NCBI RefSeq assembly: GCF_006345805.1
Contig: NC_043001.1
Coordinates: 101,060,001-101,124,000, forward strand
Reading direction: 5' to 3'
DNA length: 64,000 nucleotides
From: Octopus sinensis
Taxonomy: Eukaryota
Position 1 is the stretch's first letter; each line of letters begins with the position of its first letter. Both the position numbers and the translations under genes were made by a program. Shown one piece after another: positions 63,691-64,000 of the stretch. Under the pieces are notes generated by a model. That model was given only the letters and a program-made list of their open reading frames with translations, ran no database searches and was not told the DNA's origin.

Positions 63691-64000
63691 ACTATAAAGA
63701 ATCCCAATTCATGTCAGACAGTGTATCTAAAAATTCATTATCCAATGCATCCGCTCATTTTTTAGATGGTAGGAGAGATTTCACTTCTATTTCTAGTGAG
63801 TTGAACAATCACATACAACTTTGCATTGGGCTGAATTTTTTCTTGTTAGATGCCGGAGTATTTTCTACTCTTTTTTGTTTGTTATTTTTGTATTGCATCT
63901 TTGTGTGTGTGTGTGTTTTGCTTTTTGATTTTTCTTGAGTTTTTTGTTTTTCAAACACAGACTAAGATACTGCACAAAGATATGTACACAATCATCTGTC

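Noticed and set aside
72-63938. Most ORFs in the six-frame track (poly-I/M/H/K/Y/C and SINE-derived ORFs such as ...[13 protein letters not shown]...)
   Set aside because: They are translations of microsatellites or of repeated SINE/RTE UTR sequence, with no domain signatures.

Overview
AT-rich, microsatellite-dense eukaryotic DNA. The SINE/LINE repertoire looks like Octopus (cephalopod); this is recognition from memory, not a database result. No host protein-coding gene could be confidently identified, so the window reads as intergenic or a large intron. Most ORFs in the supplied track are translations of microsatellites or SINEs. Content: (i) many copies of two tRNA-headed SINE families plus a third SINE family and RTE 3'-end fragments with (GAT)n tails; (ii) three R4/Dong-like (restriction-like endonuclease) non-LTR retrotransposon 3' fragments stacked head-to-tail at (TAA)n runs (25.9-29.3 kb); (iii) a tandemly duplicated 2.2-kb 5'-truncated RTE LINE with a reiterated 3' UTR (37.8-42.1 kb); (iv) CR1-group LINE, Tc1/mariner, hAT and piggyBac-like remnants; (v) long palindromes and a perfect 155-bp fold-back. 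The most notable signal is two families of minimal type-I hammerhead ribozyme motifs of the kind found in Penelope-like elements. One copy has a complete core (18037-18082, minus strand) and forms an inverted pair with a mutated copy around a tRNA-like Pol III head.
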